This document shows, one piece after another, positions 18,778 to 31,431 of a DNA stretch of 64,000 nt. The first letter of the stretch is position 1. Each line of letters starts with the position of its first letter. The stretch comes from Alphaproteobacteria bacterium (GTDB lineage Bacteria > Pseudomonadota > Alphaproteobacteria > UBA828): assembly GCA_965221125.1 (NCBI GenBank), contig CBDCRW010000004.1, positions 384,001 to 448,000 on the forward strand. Reading direction: 5' to 3'. The translations under genes were made by a program, and so were the position numbers. The notes under the pieces are model-generated. The model did no database searches, had not been told where the DNA came from, and saw nothing but the letters and a program-made list of their open reading frames with translations.

Positions 18778-18847
18778 GCGGCGCGCGCGGCGGAAGGTCC
18801 GCACGGACGCGCCGGCGGTCTTGTCCATCCGCCCAGCGGGAATGCCC

Positions 18848-19600
18848 ATGAAGGTTCTGGTCGCGGTCAAACGCACGATCGATCCCAACGTGAAGGTGCG
18901 GGTGAAGTCCGACCAGTCCGGGGTCGAGACCGCAAACGTCAAGATGGCGATGAACCCCTTCTGCGAGATCGCCGTCGAGGAAGCCGTGCGGATGAAGGAG
19001 GCCGGCAGCGCCGAGGACGTGGTCGCCGTCTCCGCAGGCGCCGACAAGGCGCAGGAGACGCTGCGCACCGCGCTCGCCATGGGGGCCGACCGCGCCGTCC
19101 ACATCGTGACCGAAGAGGAGCTTCAGCCCCTCGCCGTGGCGCGGCTTCTCAAGGTGATCGCGGACGAGGAGAAGCCCGGCCTCGTCATCCTCGGCAAGCA
19201 GGCCATCGACGACGACAGCAACCAGACCGGGCAGATGCTGGCGGCGCTGCTCGGCTGGCCGCAGGCGACCTTCGCCTCCGAGATCGTGTTCAAGGACGGG
19301 ACGGCCGACGTGACCCGCGAGATCGACGGCGGCCTCGAGACCCTCAACGTCAACCTGCCGGCGGTGGTCACCACCGACCTCAGGCTGAACGAGCCGCGCT
19401 ATGCCTCGCTCCCCAACATCATGAAGGCCAAGAAGAAGCCGATCGACCGGCGCGACGCGGGCTCCCTCGGCGTGGACGTGAGCCCGCGGCTCTCGGTGCA
19501 CACGGTGGCGGAGCCGCCCAAGCGCGAGGCGGGCATCAAGGTGGCGGACGTATCGGAACTCGTCGCGAAGCTCCGCGACGACGCCAAGGTGATCGGATGA
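18848..19600 (+). CDS. etfB: Electron transfer flavoprotein beta subunit
   Basis: [61 protein letters not shown]. Confidence 0.96.
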   Translation: MKVLVAVKRTIDPNVKVRVKSDQSGVETANVKMAMNPFCEIAVEEAVRMKEAGSAEDVVAVSAGADKAQETLRTALAMGADRAVHIVTEEELQPLAVARLLKVIADEEKPGLVILGKQAIDDDSNQTGQMLAALLGWPQATFASEIVFKDGTADVTREIDGGLETLNVNLPAVVTTDLRLNEPRYASLPNIMKAKKKPIDRRDAGSLGVDVSPRLSVHTVAEPPKREAGIKVADVSELVAKLRDDAKVIG

Positions 19601-20550
19601 GCGTCCTCGTTCTGGCAGAGCACGACAACGCCGCGCTGAAGCGGCCGAGCCTCAACGCGGTCACGGCGGCTTGCGCGCTCGGCGGCGAGGTTCACGTGCT
19701 GGTCGCGGGCTCCGGCGCCGGGGCGGTGGCGGAGGCCGCCGCGCAGGTCGCGGGCGTCGCCAAGGTCCTGCACGCGGACGATGCGGCCTACGAGCACGGC
19801 ATCGCCGAGAACCTGGCCCCGCTGCTGGTCGGCCTCGCCGAGAGCTACAGCCACCTGGTCGCGTCTGCCACCACCTTCGGCAAGAACGTGATGCCGCGCG
19901 TGGCCGCATTGCTCGACGTGGCCCAGATCTCCGAGATCATCGAGATCGTCTCCAACAGCGTCTTCGTGCGCCCGACCTATGCGGGCAACGCGCTCGCCAC
20001 GGTCGAGAGCGCCGACGCCATAAAGGTCGTGACCGTGCGCACCACCGCGTTCGACGCAGCACCGGCGGAAGGCGGCAGCGCCGCGATCGAGGCGGTGGCG
20101 GGCGCCGGCGACCAGGGGCTGGTCCGCTTCGTCCGCCACGAGCTGAGCAAGTCGGACCGCCCAGAGCTGACCAGCGCGGGCATCGTGATCTCCGGCGGGC
20201 GCGGCATGCAGAGCGGCGAGAACTTCCCGCTGATCGAGGCCGTGGCCGACCGGCTGGGCGCCGCCGTCGGCGCCTCGCGCGCAGCGGTCGATGCCGGCTA
20301 CGTGCCCAACGACTTCCAGGTCGGCCAGACCGGCAAGGTGGTGGCGCCCGACCTCTACATCGCGGTCGGCATATCCGGCGCGATCCAGCACCTCGCCGGG
20401 ATGAAGGACAGCCGCGTGATCTGCGCCATCAACAAGGACGAGGAAGCGCCGATCTTCCAGATCGCCGACTTCGGCCTCGTGGCCGACCTCTTCAAGGTCC
20501 TGCCGGAGCTTGCCGAAGAGCTCGACCGCCAGGGCATCTCGAAGGGCTGA
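19597..20550 (+). CDS. etfA: Electron transfer flavoprotein alpha subunit
   Basis: [43 protein letters not shown]. Confidence 0.96.
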   Translation: MSVLVLAEHDNAALKRPSLNAVTAACALGGEVHVLVAGSGAGAVAEAAAQVAGVAKVLHADDAAYEHGIAENLAPLLVGLAESYSHLVASATTFGKNVMPRVAALLDVAQISEIIEIVSNSVFVRPTYAGNALATVESADAIKVVTVRTTAFDAAPAEGGSAAIEAVAGAGDQGLVRFVRHELSKSDRPELTSAGIVISGGRGMQSGENFPLIEAVADRLGAAVGASRAAVDAGYVPNDFQVGQTGKVVAPDLYIAVGISGAIQHLAGMKDSRVICAINKDEEAPIFQIADFGLVADLFKVLPELAEELDRQGISKG

Positions 20551-20559
20551 GCCGCAGCC

Positions 20560-21432
20560 ATGGTCAAGACGATCGGGATCATCGGAGCGGGCCGCATGGG
20601 GAGCGGCATCGCCCACGTCGCCGCGCTCTCCGGCTTCGACGTGGTGCTCAGCGATCTGGGCCAGGCCGAACTCGACAGCGCACTGGAGACCATCGGCACC
20701 AACCTCGGCCGCCAGGCGCGCAAGGGCCTGATCGCTGACGAGGAGCCGGCGGCGGCGCTGGGGCGGATATCGACGGCGGTCGGGCCCGATGCCATGGCGG
20801 GCGTCGACATGGTGATCGAGGCGGTCGTCGAGGACGAGGCGGTCAAGAAGGAGGTTTTCGGCGCGCTCAAGGGTGTGCTGCCCGAGCACACCATCATCTG
20901 CACCAACAGCTCGTCGTTGCCCGTCACCCGCCTCGCTGCGAGCACCGACCGGCCCGGCAAGTTCATGGGCATGCACTTCATGAACCCGGTGCCGATGATG
21001 GAGCTGGTGGAGCTGGTGCGCGGTATCGCGACCGAGGAAGAGACTTACGAGACCGCGCGCGGGGTCACCGAGCGCATGGGCAAGATCCCGGCCATGGCCG
21101 AGGATTTCCCCGCCTTCATCGTGAACCGCATCCTCATGCCGATGGTCAACGAGGCGATCTACGCGCTCTACGAGGGCGTCGGCACCGTGAAGGCCATCGA
21201 CACGGCGATGAAGCTCGGCGCCCACCACCGCATGGGGCCGCTGGAGCTTGCCGACTTCATCGGCCTCGACACCTGCCACTCGATCATGCAGGTGCTCTAC
21301 GAGGGCTTGGCCGACAGCAAGTACCGGCCCTGCCCCCTGCTCGCGAAGTACGTCGAGGCCGGCTGGCTCGGCCGCAAGACCGGCAAGGGCTTTTACGACT
21401 ACTCCACCGGCACGCCCGTCCCCACCCGCTGA
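20560..21432 (+). CDS. hbd: 3-hydroxybutyryl-CoA dehydrogenase
   Basis: [54 protein letters not shown]. Confidence 0.92.
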   Translation: MVKTIGIIGAGRMGSGIAHVAALSGFDVVLSDLGQAELDSALETIGTNLGRQARKGLIADEEPAAALGRISTAVGPDAMAGVDMVIEAVVEDEAVKKEVFGALKGVLPEHTIICTNSSSLPVTRLAASTDRPGKFMGMHFMNPVPMMELVELVRGIATEEETYETARGVTERMGKIPAMAEDFPAFIVNRILMPMVNEAIYALYEGVGTVKAIDTAMKLGAHHRMGPLELADFIGLDTCHSIMQVLYEGLADSKYRPCPLLAKYVEAGWLGRKTGKGFYDYSTGTPVPTR

Positions 21433-21449
21433 AAGCCTATGAGAGCGAT

Positions 21450-21599
21450 TGGAGCGCGTCCGTCCTTGACGGACGCGCGACAGGCCGCGACCGCGGCCCG
21501 CCGCGAATGCGGCGCCCTCGCGGAGGCGCTGGCCGCAGGCCAGCTGCCGTGAGCGAAAAATGCGCTTGAAGCGTTTCCGTTAGACACGGAAACGCTTCA
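21450..21599. repeat. Composite palindromic element (about 150 bp) bounded by two related hairpins, between convergent hbd and rlmH
   Basis: GCGCGTCCGTC-n3-GACGGACGCGC at 21454-21478 and TGAAGCGTTTCCGT-n5-ACGGAAACGCTTCA at 21567-21599. Confidence 0.65.
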
Positions 21600-22049
21600 G
21601 GCGCGATGGTAGGGGTGGCCAGAGAGGATGCTCGCCGCCCGCCAGAGCTGCTCCGCCAGCATCGCGCGGGCAAGCAGATGCGGCCACGTCATCGGCCCGA
21701 GCGAGAGAACCATGTCGGCGCGGGAGCGGGCAGGGGCCCCGTGGCCGTCGGCGCCCCCGATCAGGAAAGCCACAACCGCCGCGCCATCGTCCCGGACGCG
21801 CGCGAGATGGGCGGCGAACGCCTCGCTGGCGAGCGCCTTGCCGGCGCCGTCGAGCGCCACGACATGGGCGCCTTCGGGAATCCCCTTCAAGAGCGCCGCC
21901 GCCTCGCGCTCGCGGCCCGCATTGCCGCCGCCACCGGCCCGGACCTCGCGCAGCTCGAGCGGCCACGGCAGGCGCCGGCGGTAGCTCTCGAAGAGTTTCT
22001 GAGCCGGATCGTCCCGGCCCCGGCCCACTGCCGCCACGATAAGGCGCAT
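21597..22049 (-). CDS. rlmH: 23S rRNA (pseudouridine1915-N3)-methyltransferase
   Basis: FLIGGADG, SLGPMTWPHLLARAMLAEQLWRAASILSGHPYHR. Confidence 0.95.
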   Translation of the reverse strand: MRLIVAAVGRGRDDPAQKLFESYRRRLPWPLELREVRAGGGGNAGREREAAALLKGIPEGAHVVALDGAGKALASEAFAAHLARVRDDGAAVVAFLIGGADGHGAPARSRADMVLSLGPMTWPHLLARAMLAEQLWRAASILSGHPYHRA

Positions 22050-22100
22050 CGGTGGCCGGCGCTCCGCTCTCTCGGCTAACCGGCGGCGGGCGGTGCGCCG

Positions 22101-22517
22101 CTAATCCTCGTCGGCAAGCGCCAGCGCGTCCGCCTCGCCGAGGGCCTCGACGGACCACATCTTCTCGAGGTTGTAGAGGGCGCGAACCTCGGGCCGGAAG
22201 ACGTGCACGATGATGTCGCCCGCGTCGATCAGCACCCAGTCCGCGTTCTCGCGGCCTTCCGCCGCGCGCGCCGGCGTGCCGTCGTCCTTGAGCTGTTTCA
22301 GGAGCCGTTCCGCCACCGCACCGACATGGCGCCTCGACCGTCCGCTGGCGATGACCATGAGGTCGGCGATCGTGGTCTTGCCGTCGAGGTCGATGGTGAC
22401 GATGTCTTCCGCCTTGGCGTCGTCGAGCGCGGCGGCGACGGTCCGGAGAAGCGCCTCGGCGCCGGCCTTGCCCGGCTCCCGGCGATGGGACCTAACAGGT
22501 CGGTTCGGTACCGTTAT
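22101..22517 (-). CDS. rsfS: Ribosome silencing factor; probable non-canonical ATA start
   Basis: LDDAKAEDIVTIDL...IADLMVIASGRSRRHV...WVLIDAGDIIVHVFRPEVRALYNLEKMW; conserved N-terminus lies upstream of the first ATG (22358). Confidence 0.9.
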   Translation of the reverse strand: MTVPNRPVRSHRREPGKAGAEALLRTVAAALDDAKAEDIVTIDLDGKTTIADLMVIASGRSRRHVGAVAERLLKQLKDDGTPARAAEGRENADWVLIDAGDIIVHVFRPEVRALYNLEKMWSVEALGEADALALADED

Positions 22518-23173
22518 GGTGTTCCTCCAGCCTCCCCTTGGCGGCCCGCCGCGCAGCCGTCAGCGCGCAATGCGGTCGCTGACGCGGGATGCAGCGGTCC
22601 GTGGATCACCATCCATGCGGGCGGCTTGCTTCGCACGAGCGCTGGCGCTCGGCGTTCCGCCATTCTTCGGCGTGCGAATCGTTTCGCAGGCTTAACCACA
22701 CTGGCATAGCGAGAGTAAGGCCAGCGGTCGATGACCGCAATGGGTAGTGCCTCGAAGAGCGCGGGCCAGCGTCGCCATTCGGCGAGCGTCGGCAGGTTGT
22801 CGGCGCCGACGATCCAGACCAGCCGGTGCCGCGGGAAGCGCCGCCTGAGGCGCACCACCGTATCCACCGAATAGCGGCTGCCGAAGCGGCGCTCGATATC
22901 GCTCACGCGGAGCCTGCTGTCGCCGGCCGCGTTCCTCGCGCCGGCCAGCCGCTCGTCGAACGCCGCCATCCCGGCGCGGGGCTTGAGCGGGTTCTGCGGC
23001 GAGACCAGCCACCACACCTCGTGCAAGCCGAGCCGCTTGAGCGCCAGCAGGCTGATGTGGCGGTGCCCCGCGTGGGCCGGATTGAAGGAGCCTCCGAGCA
23101 GGCCGATCCTGCGGCCCGGCGGCCGCGCGCGCGGCACGTCGCCCCGGACCGGCCGGGACCGCCGCCGGCGCAT
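22514..23173 (-). CDS. nadD: Nicotinate-nucleotide adenylyltransferase
   Basis: IGLLGGSFNPAHAGH, WWLVSPQNPLK, WIVGADNL. Confidence 0.93.
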   Translation of the reverse strand: MRRRRSRPVRGDVPRARPPGRRIGLLGGSFNPAHAGHRHISLLALKRLGLHEVWWLVSPQNPLKPRAGMAAFDERLAGARNAAGDSRLRVSDIERRFGSRYSVDTVVRLRRRFPRHRLVWIVGADNLPTLAEWRRWPALFEALPIAVIDRWPYSRYASVVKPAKRFARRRMAERRAPALVRSKPPAWMVIHGPLHPASATALRADGCAAGRQGEAGGTP

Positions 23174-23187
23174 GGGGACGAGCGTGA

Positions 23188-24477
23188 TCAGGGGCGAACC
23201 TGTCCGGTGCCGTACACCTTGTACTTGTACGTGGTGAGCTGCTCGACGCCCACCGGCCCGCGCGCATGCAGCTTGCCGGTGGAGATTCCGATCTCGGCAC
23301 CCATGCCGAACTCGCCGCCGTCGGCGAACTGGGTGGACGCATTGTGCAGCACGATCCCGCTGTCGACGCGCTCCATGAAGCGCTCGGCGGCGGCGGCGTC
23401 CTCGGTGATGATGCTGTCGGTATGGTGCGAGCCGTGCTCGTTGACGTGGGCGATCGCCGCGTCGAGCCCGTCCACCACGCCCACCGAGATGATCGCGTCG
23501 AGGTATTCCGTGCCCCAGTCGGCGTCGGCGACCGGCACCACGCGCGAATCGAGGGCTTGTACGCGCGCATCGCCCCGCACCTCGCAGCCGGCCTCGAACA
23601 GGGGCTCGAGGATCGCCGGCAGCGAGGCTTCCACGGCCGCGTCCACCAGCAGCGTCTCCGCCGCGCCGCAGATGCCTGTGCGCCGCATCTTGGCGTTGAA
23701 GGTGACGTCGCGCGCCTTCTCGGGGTCGGCGGCGGCGTGCACGTAGACATGGCAGTTGCCGTCCAAGTGCGCCATCACCGGCACCCGGCTCTCCGCCAGC
23801 ACGCGCTCGATCAGCGAGCGGCCGCCGCGCGGGACGATCAGGTCGAGCGCGTCGTCCATGGTGAGCAGGATGCCGACGGCCGCGCGGTCGGTGGTCGGCA
23901 CCAGCTGGATGCAGCCTGCCGGCAGCCCGGTCTCGACCAGCGCCGCTTGCAGCGCCGCGGCGATGGCGCGCGAAGAGTGATAGCTCTCCGAGCCGCCGCG
24001 CAGGATGGCCGCGTTCCCCGCCATCAGGCAGAGCGCGCCGGCGTCGGCGGTCACGTTGGGCCGCGATTCGTAGATGATCCCGATGACGCCGATGGGCACC
24101 GAGACCCGGCGGATACGCAGCCCGTTGGGCCGCTCCCACTCGCCGAGTAGCCGGCCGAGGGGGTCGTCCAGCGCGGCCACCTGCTCGACGCCCGCCGCCA
24201 TCGCCTCGACGCGGCCGGGATCCAGCGCCAAGCGGTCGAGCAGCGCGCCGCTCAAGCCCGAGTCCCGCGCCGCCGCCATGTCGGCCGCGTTGGCCTGCAG
24301 GATCGCCGCTTGGTCCTTGCGGATGGCTTCTGCCGCCGCATGGAGCGCGCGCCGCCTCGCCTCAGCGGAGGCCGCGCCAAGCGCCTGCGCTGCGGCACGG
24401 GCCTCGGCGCCGAGCGCCGCCATCGCGGCAGCGATGTCGGGTTCCGTCTCGCGGCGCTGTGCCTGGGTCATGCTCAC
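23188..24477 (-). CDS. proA: Gamma-glutamyl phosphate reductase
   Basis: [45 protein letters not shown]. Confidence 0.96.
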   Translation of the reverse strand: MSMTQAQRRETEPDIAAAMAALGAEARAAAQALGAASAEARRRALHAAAEAIRKDQAAILQANAADMAAARDSGLSGALLDRLALDPGRVEAMAAGVEQVAALDDPLGRLLGEWERPNGLRIRRVSVPIGVIGIIYESRPNVTADAGALCLMAGNAAILRGGSESYHSSRAIAAALQAALVETGLPAGCIQLVPTTDRAAVGILLTMDDALDLIVPRGGRSLIERVLAESRVPVMAHLDGNCHVYVHAAADPEKARDVTFNAKMRRTGICGAAETLLVDAAVEASLPAILEPLFEAGCEVRGDARVQALDSRVVPVADADWGTEYLDAIISVGVVDGLDAAIAHVNEHGSHHTDSIITEDAAAAERFMERVDSGIVLHNASTQFADGGEFGMGAEIGISTGKLHARGPVGVEQLTTYKYKVYGTGQVRP

Positions 24478-25603
24478 GGTTTCTGCTCCTCGTCGAGCAC
24501 GAGATCGTCGCGGTGGATCATCTCGGCGCGGCCACGGTAGCCGAGGATCCGCTCTATTTCACGGGATTTGTGGCCGACGATACGGCGCGCATCGGCGGCG
24601 GAATAGGCGACCAGGCCGCGCCCGGCCTCGCCGCCCCGCTCGACCCTGATCGCCACGGCATCGCCGCGCTCGAACGCGCCCTCCACGGCCTGCACGCCCG
24701 CCGGCAGCAGGCTCCGGCCCTGGGCCAGCGCACGCCGGGCGCCTTCGTCGATGACGAGCACACCGCGCGGCTCCAGCGCGCTCGCGATCCAGCTTTTCCG
24801 CGCCGCCCGCGGCGATGCGGTGGAGACGAACCAGGTCGAGCGCGCGCCGGCTTCCAGCGCGGCGAGCGGGCGCTCCACGGCGCCCTTGGCGATCGCCATG
24901 TGGCAGCCCGCCGCCATCGCGTGCTTGGCAGCGGCGATCTTGGTCACCATCCCGCCGGCAGCGGTGGGCGTGCCGATGGTGCCCGCCATCGCCTCGATCT
25001 CCGGCGTGATGCGGTCCACCTTGGGGATCCAGCGGGCGTGCGCGTCGTGGCGCGGGTCGGACTCGTAGAGGCCGTCCACGTCCGAGAGCAGGACCAGCAG
25101 GTCGGCGCTCATCATCACGGCAACGCGGGCCGCGAGCCGGTCGTTGTCGCCGAAGCGGATCTCGTTGGTGGCGACGGTGTCGTTCTCGTTGATCACCGGC
25201 ACGGTGCCGAGCGCGAGCAGCGTGTTGGTCGTGCTGCGCGCGTTCAGATAGCGCCGGCGCGCCTCGGTGTCCTCGTGCGTCAGCAGAATCTGCGCCACCC
25301 CGATGCCGTGGCGGGCCAGCGCCGACTGGTAGGCGTGGGCGAGCCTGATCTGCCCGCAGGCCGCTGCCGCCTGCATCTCTTCGAGCCTGAGCGTCTCTGC
25401 CGCGAGCCCGAGGTGGCGGCGCCCGATCGCGATCGCGCCGGAGGAGACGATCAGCACGTCCTTGCCGCGCTCGCGCAGCCCGGCGACGTCGCGGGCGAGG
25501 CCATCCAGCCAGGTGTCGTCGAGCGCGCCGGTCGCAGGCTCGGTGAGCAGCGCGGAGCCGATCTTGACCACGACGCGCGCAGCGCTGGCGAGCGAGGGCT
25601 GCA

Positions 25604-25604
<1 letters not shown>
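24474..25604 (-). CDS. proB: Glutamate 5-kinase
   Basis: [44 protein letters not shown] domain; ATG 25604 overlaps the obgE stop. Confidence 0.96.
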
Positions 25605-26671
<1,067 letters not shown>

Positions 26672-26929
26672 CTACGCGCTCGGCTCGACCGAGACGACCG
26701 TCTTCCCGCCGCCGCGCCGGGCGAACCGCACCTGCCCGCCAACCAGCGCGAAGAGCGTGTGATCGCGCCCGATTCCGACGTTCTCGCCGGGATGCCACTT
26801 GGTGCCGCGCTGGCGCGCGATGATGTTGCCCGGAATGACCGCCTCGCCGCCGAACTTCTTGATGCCGAGCCGGCGACCTGCCGTGTCCCGGCCGTTGCGC
26901 GAACTGCCGCCCGCCTTCTTATGCGCCAT
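26672..26929 (-). CDS. rpmA: 50S ribosomal protein L27
   Basis: [15 protein letters not shown]...[10 protein letters not shown]...GRDHTLFA. Confidence 0.98.
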   Translation of the reverse strand: MAHKKAGGSSRNGRDTAGRRLGIKKFGGEAVIPGNIIARQRGTKWHPGENVGIGRDHTLFALVGGQVRFARRGGGKTVVSVEPSA

Positions 26930-27612
26930 CAGTTCTTCTCCTCAGCCGGCTCGTCCGCAGGTGACTCGGCGGTCTCCTCGGCCGGCGCGTCGGTCGTCTC
27001 GTCTGCCGCAGCTTCAGCTTCGGCTGCCTCGGCCGTCTCGGCCGCCGGCTCGTCGCTGGGGGCGGCTGGCTCCGCGGCCTCCGCCGCAGTCGTATCGGCG
27101 GCAGTCGCTTCGGCCTCGGTCGCGTCGGCCTCGGCCGCTTCGGCGGGCGCGGGCTGAGCCTCCTCGGCCTTCTTGGCGGCCGTCTTGCGCGTCCTGGGCT
27201 TGGCTGCCGACTTCGCCCTCGTCGTTCGCTTGCGCTTGGCCGGGGCCGCCTCGTCCGCGCCCTCGGCCTTCTTTTTCCGCCGCGCGCGCCGCTTCTGGCC
27301 GGCTGCCAGAATCTGCTCGATGCGCAGCACGGTGAGCTCCTGCCGGTGCCCCCGCTTGCGGCGATGGTTCTTCCGCCGCTTCTTGCGGAAGACGATGATC
27401 TTCTCGCCGCGCGTGTGCTCGACGACCGTGGCCGCCACCCGCGCGCCGTCTATGAGCGGCTGGCCGAGGGAGACGGTCTCGCCGTCGCTCATCGCCAGCA
27501 CCTCGCCCAGCTCGATCGTCTCGCCGGCCTCGGCCTTGAGCCGTTCCACCTGGATGACGTCGTCCGGCGCGACGCGGTATTGCTTCCCGCCAGAGCGAAC
27601 CACAGCGAACAT
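26929..27612 (-). CDS. rplU: 50S ribosomal protein L21 with long C-terminal extension
   Basis: [14 protein letters not shown]...[18 protein letters not shown], then a basic and an Ala/Glu-rich tail. Confidence 0.97.
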   Translation of the reverse strand: MFAVVRSGGKQYRVAPDDVIQVERLKAEAGETIELGEVLAMSDGETVSLGQPLIDGARVAATVVEHTRGEKIIVFRKKRRKNHRRKRGHRQELTVLRIEQILAAGQKRRARRKKKAEGADEAAPAKRKRTTRAKSAAKPRTRKTAAKKAEEAQPAPAEAAEADATEAEATAADTTAAEAAEPAAPSDEPAAETAEAAEAEAAADETTDAPAEETAESPADEPAEEKN

Positions 27613-27659
27613 GGCAACCGTCCGTGTTGGGGAGCGGGGTGCTCCCCGCAGCGGGGCGC

Positions 27660-27683
27660 ACTATAGGCCCGGTGCTCCTGCTG

Positions 27684-27687
<4 letters not shown>
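27660..27687 (-). promoter_or_regulatory. Putative sigma70 promoter of rplU-rpmA-obgE
   Basis: Minus strand TTGACA-16 nt-TATAGT; the -35 overlaps the cobW-like stop codon. Confidence 0.6.
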
Positions 27688-28730
<1,043 letters not shown>

Positions 28731-28777
28731 GGGGGGCGCCCGCTACCCGGCGCGGGGGCGGGGCATGCGCGCAACTC

Positions 28778-29518
28778 TCAGCGTTCGTCCCCGTCGTGCA
28801 GGATGCCGCCCGGGACTTCGCCGGTGGGCGTCAGCTCGATCGTGCCGATATTCACGTGGGCCGGCCGGGCCACGGCGTAGAGCACGGCGTCGGCGACATC
28901 CTCTGGGTCGAGCAGGCGGCAGCTTTCGAGGAAGGCGGCCCTCGCGGCCGCGTCGTCGCCATAGGCCCGGTCCGCGAACTCCGTGCGGGTGCTGCCGGGG
29001 CAGACCTCCGTCGCGCGCACGCCGGTGCCGTGCAGCTCGACCCGCAGGGTCTGGTGGAGCAGGTGCTGGCCGCCCTTGGTCGCGCCGTAGAGCGCCTGAC
29101 GAATGGGATAGAGCCCGCTGATCGAGCCGATGGTCACGACATGGCCGCGGCCGCGCGCGATCATGCCCGGCAGGACGAGGCGGCAGGCATGGAGCGAGAC
29201 CGTCAGGTTCGTGGCGACGGCCCGGTCGATCACGGCGGGGTCGACCTCCGCCACGGGCTCGGCGAAGCCGAGGCCGGTGGCGACGTTGTTGACGAGAACG
29301 TCGACCGCGAGGCCATCCAGCAGTCGGGTCAGCGCCTCCGTGTCGGTGGCATCGAAGGCATGCGCGTGACAACCGGTCTGCTCGGCGAGCGCCGCCAAGC
29401 GATCCACGCGGCGGGCGAGGGCGTGGACGCTCAATCCGGCGGCCGCCAGGGCGCGGACGACGGCCGCGCCGATGCCGCTCGACGCGCCGGTCACGAAGGC
29501 GGTCTCGTATCCGTTCAT
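28778..29518 (-). CDS. Short-chain dehydrogenase/reductase (YdfG-like)
   Basis: TGASSGIG, YGATK, VCPG; ATG 29518 overlaps the AOR stop (ATGA). Confidence 0.9.
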   Translation of the reverse strand: MNGYETAFVTGASSGIGAAVVRALAAAGLSVHALARRVDRLAALAEQTGCHAHAFDATDTEALTRLLDGLAVDVLVNNVATGLGFAEPVAEVDPAVIDRAVATNLTVSLHACRLVLPGMIARGRGHVVTIGSISGLYPIRQALYGATKGGQHLLHQTLRVELHGTGVRATEVCPGSTRTEFADRAYGDDAAARAAFLESCRLLDPEDVADAVLYAVARPAHVNIGTIELTPTGEVPGGILHDGDER

Positions 29519-31407
29519 GCGCCCCCCAGCGTCCATTCGAGATGATGGTCGTAGAGCGTGGCGGGCAGCGGGACGCCGGCGGCATCCCAGCCCATCATCT
29601 GGTAGTAGGTGTCGATCACCCGGCGGAAGGTGGCGCGATCCAGCTTCTGGCCCTTCTTGGGTCCCTCCGAGATCGCCTCGTCGAAGAAGCGGTCCGGCAG
29701 CGTGTCGTCCTCCGGACCCAGCCCCTCGCGGTTGTTGTAGACCCGGTAGAGGTGGTTGCGCCGCTCGCCGAAGCGCATGATCTCGTGGGACGAGGTCTCC
29801 CAACCCGTGACGGCGGCGAGCAGCTCGGCCATCTGACCCATGCTGAGCACGCGGGTGGGTGCCACAGCGAAGACGCAGAAGGAGAGCGCGTCCGCCGCCG
29901 ACCACAGCGTGTTGAGCGCCTTGTAGTTGCGCACTTTGTCGATGCCGAGGTGCTCCATCGGGATGCGCTCGTAGATGCCGAGCGTGCGCGAGAGCTCCAT
30001 CGCGTGCGGCCAGCCGACCTCGACATCGTAGTCCCAGTCATGCTCGCAGATGTCGTAGCGGGGGCCGATGGAGGCGACGGCGAAGCCGGTCGCGAGATTG
30101 GCCTGGCTGCGCGGCTCGAAGGGCACCATCTCCAAGCCCTTGACGTGCATGGCGTAGCGCTCGGCGCCGCCGCCGATCCGCTCGGCGGCACGCTTGGCGC
30201 CGTCCGCCAGCAGGTCGCCCGCGCCCTCCCGCAGCGCGATGCGCTCGATCATGGCTCTGGTCGCGTCGACGTTGCCGAAGCGGAGGTCGAGGCCGTCGAG
30301 ATCGCCGGCCGAGACGATGCCTTGCTCCATCAGCTCCATCGCGAGCGAGAGGGTGAAGCCGAGAGAGACCGGGTCCATGCCGAGCTCGTTGAGCCGCGTG
30401 TTGTGGGCGATCAGCGTGGCGACATCGGGCGTGCCGATGTTGGGGCCCATCGCGCCGGTCACCTCCTGGTGCATGGCGCTCGCGCGGACGTCGCCGTGCC
30501 CCGCCACGTGATAGACCTTCATGCAGTCGTTGGCGCAGCCGGGGCAGGGCGCGACGCCGCGGTAATGGGGCTCCCAGTTAGGCTTGGCGTAGTCGTCCAC
30601 CCGCTCGAATGTCGCCGTGCGGAAGTTGTTCACGTCGAGCGCCGCATCCAGCCCGTGATCGTGAACCCAGACGGCGAAACCCGGCCGCTCCTTCTGCCAG
30701 CGCGCCAGGATGTTGCCGGGGATGGCGGCGGCGAACTCGGCGCTGATGCGCCCGCAGGCGGCCTCGTCCGCCAGCGGCGGCGCTGTGCCGCCCTTGAGCA
30801 CAATCGCCTTCAGCATCTTGGCGCCCATCACGGCGCCCATGCCTAGGCGCTGGGCCTGGTGGGTGCGCCCGCTCACGATGCAGGCGAAGCGCACCCGGTT
30901 CTCGCCGGCCGGGCCGATGACGGCGATCTCGGCCTCAGCACCGAAGCGGCTCTCCAGCGCATCCGTCGCCCTGTCCGTCGTCTGCCCCCACTCTGCGGCG
31001 GCGTCGAAGAACGTCACCGCGCCGTCTTCGATCAGGAGGCCCGTGGAGCGCTCCGCCGCGCCGTGGAAGACGATGGCGTCATAGCCCGTCCGCTTCAACG
31101 CGATGCCCCAGGGGCCCTCGACGCGGGCCTCGCCGATGCCGCCGGTGAGCGGCGACTTGGCGCACACCACGTGGCGCACCAAGCCTGCGAGCGGATAGCC
31201 GCTGACGACGCCGTTGGCGAAGATCAGCAGGTTCTCCGGGCCCAGCGGGTCGATGCCCGGCGGCGTTCCCTCCAGCAGCAGGCGGGCGGCGAGCACGCCC
31301 GCGCCCCCGGTGATGCGGTACTCCAGGTCCGCGCGCTCCTCGACCCGGCTCGTCTCGCGGTCGAGGTCCACGTGCAGGAGCCTGCCGTGATAGCCGTACC
31401 GGCTCAT
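29515..31407 (-). CDS. Aldehyde:ferredoxin oxidoreductase family protein (W/Mo-bis-pterin, 4Fe-4S)
   Basis: GYHGRLLHVDL, KSPLTGGIGE, IGPAGENRVRFA, GMGAVMGAK, CPGCANDC, HVKGLE, DDTLPDRFF, YYQMMGWD. Confidence 0.9.
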   Translation of the reverse strand: MSRYGYHGRLLHVDLDRETSRVEERADLEYRITGGAGVLAARLLLEGTPPGIDPLGPENLLIFANGVVSGYPLAGLVRHVVCAKSPLTGGIGEARVEGPWGIALKRTGYDAIVFHGAAERSTGLLIEDGAVTFFDAAAEWGQTTDRATDALESRFGAEAEIAVIGPAGENRVRFACIVSGRTHQAQRLGMGAVMGAKMLKAIVLKGGTAPPLADEAACGRISAEFAAAIPGNILARWQKERPGFAVWVHDHGLDAALDVNNFRTATFERVDDYAKPNWEPHYRGVAPCPGCANDCMKVYHVAGHGDVRASAMHQEVTGAMGPNIGTPDVATLIAHNTRLNELGMDPVSLGFTLSLAMELMEQGIVSAGDLDGLDLRFGNVDATRAMIERIALREGAGDLLADGAKRAAERIGGGAERYAMHVKGLEMVPFEPRSQANLATGFAVASIGPRYDICEHDWDYDVEVGWPHAMELSRTLGIYERIPMEHLGIDKVRNYKALNTLWSAADALSFCVFAVAPTRVLSMGQMAELLAAVTGWETSSHEIMRFGERRNHLYRVYNNREGLGPEDDTLPDRFFDEAISEGPKKGQKLDRATFRRVIDTYYQMMGWDAAGVPLPATLYDHHLEWTLGGA

Positions 31408-31431
31408 GGCGTCGTTCTCCCCAGGCAATTC

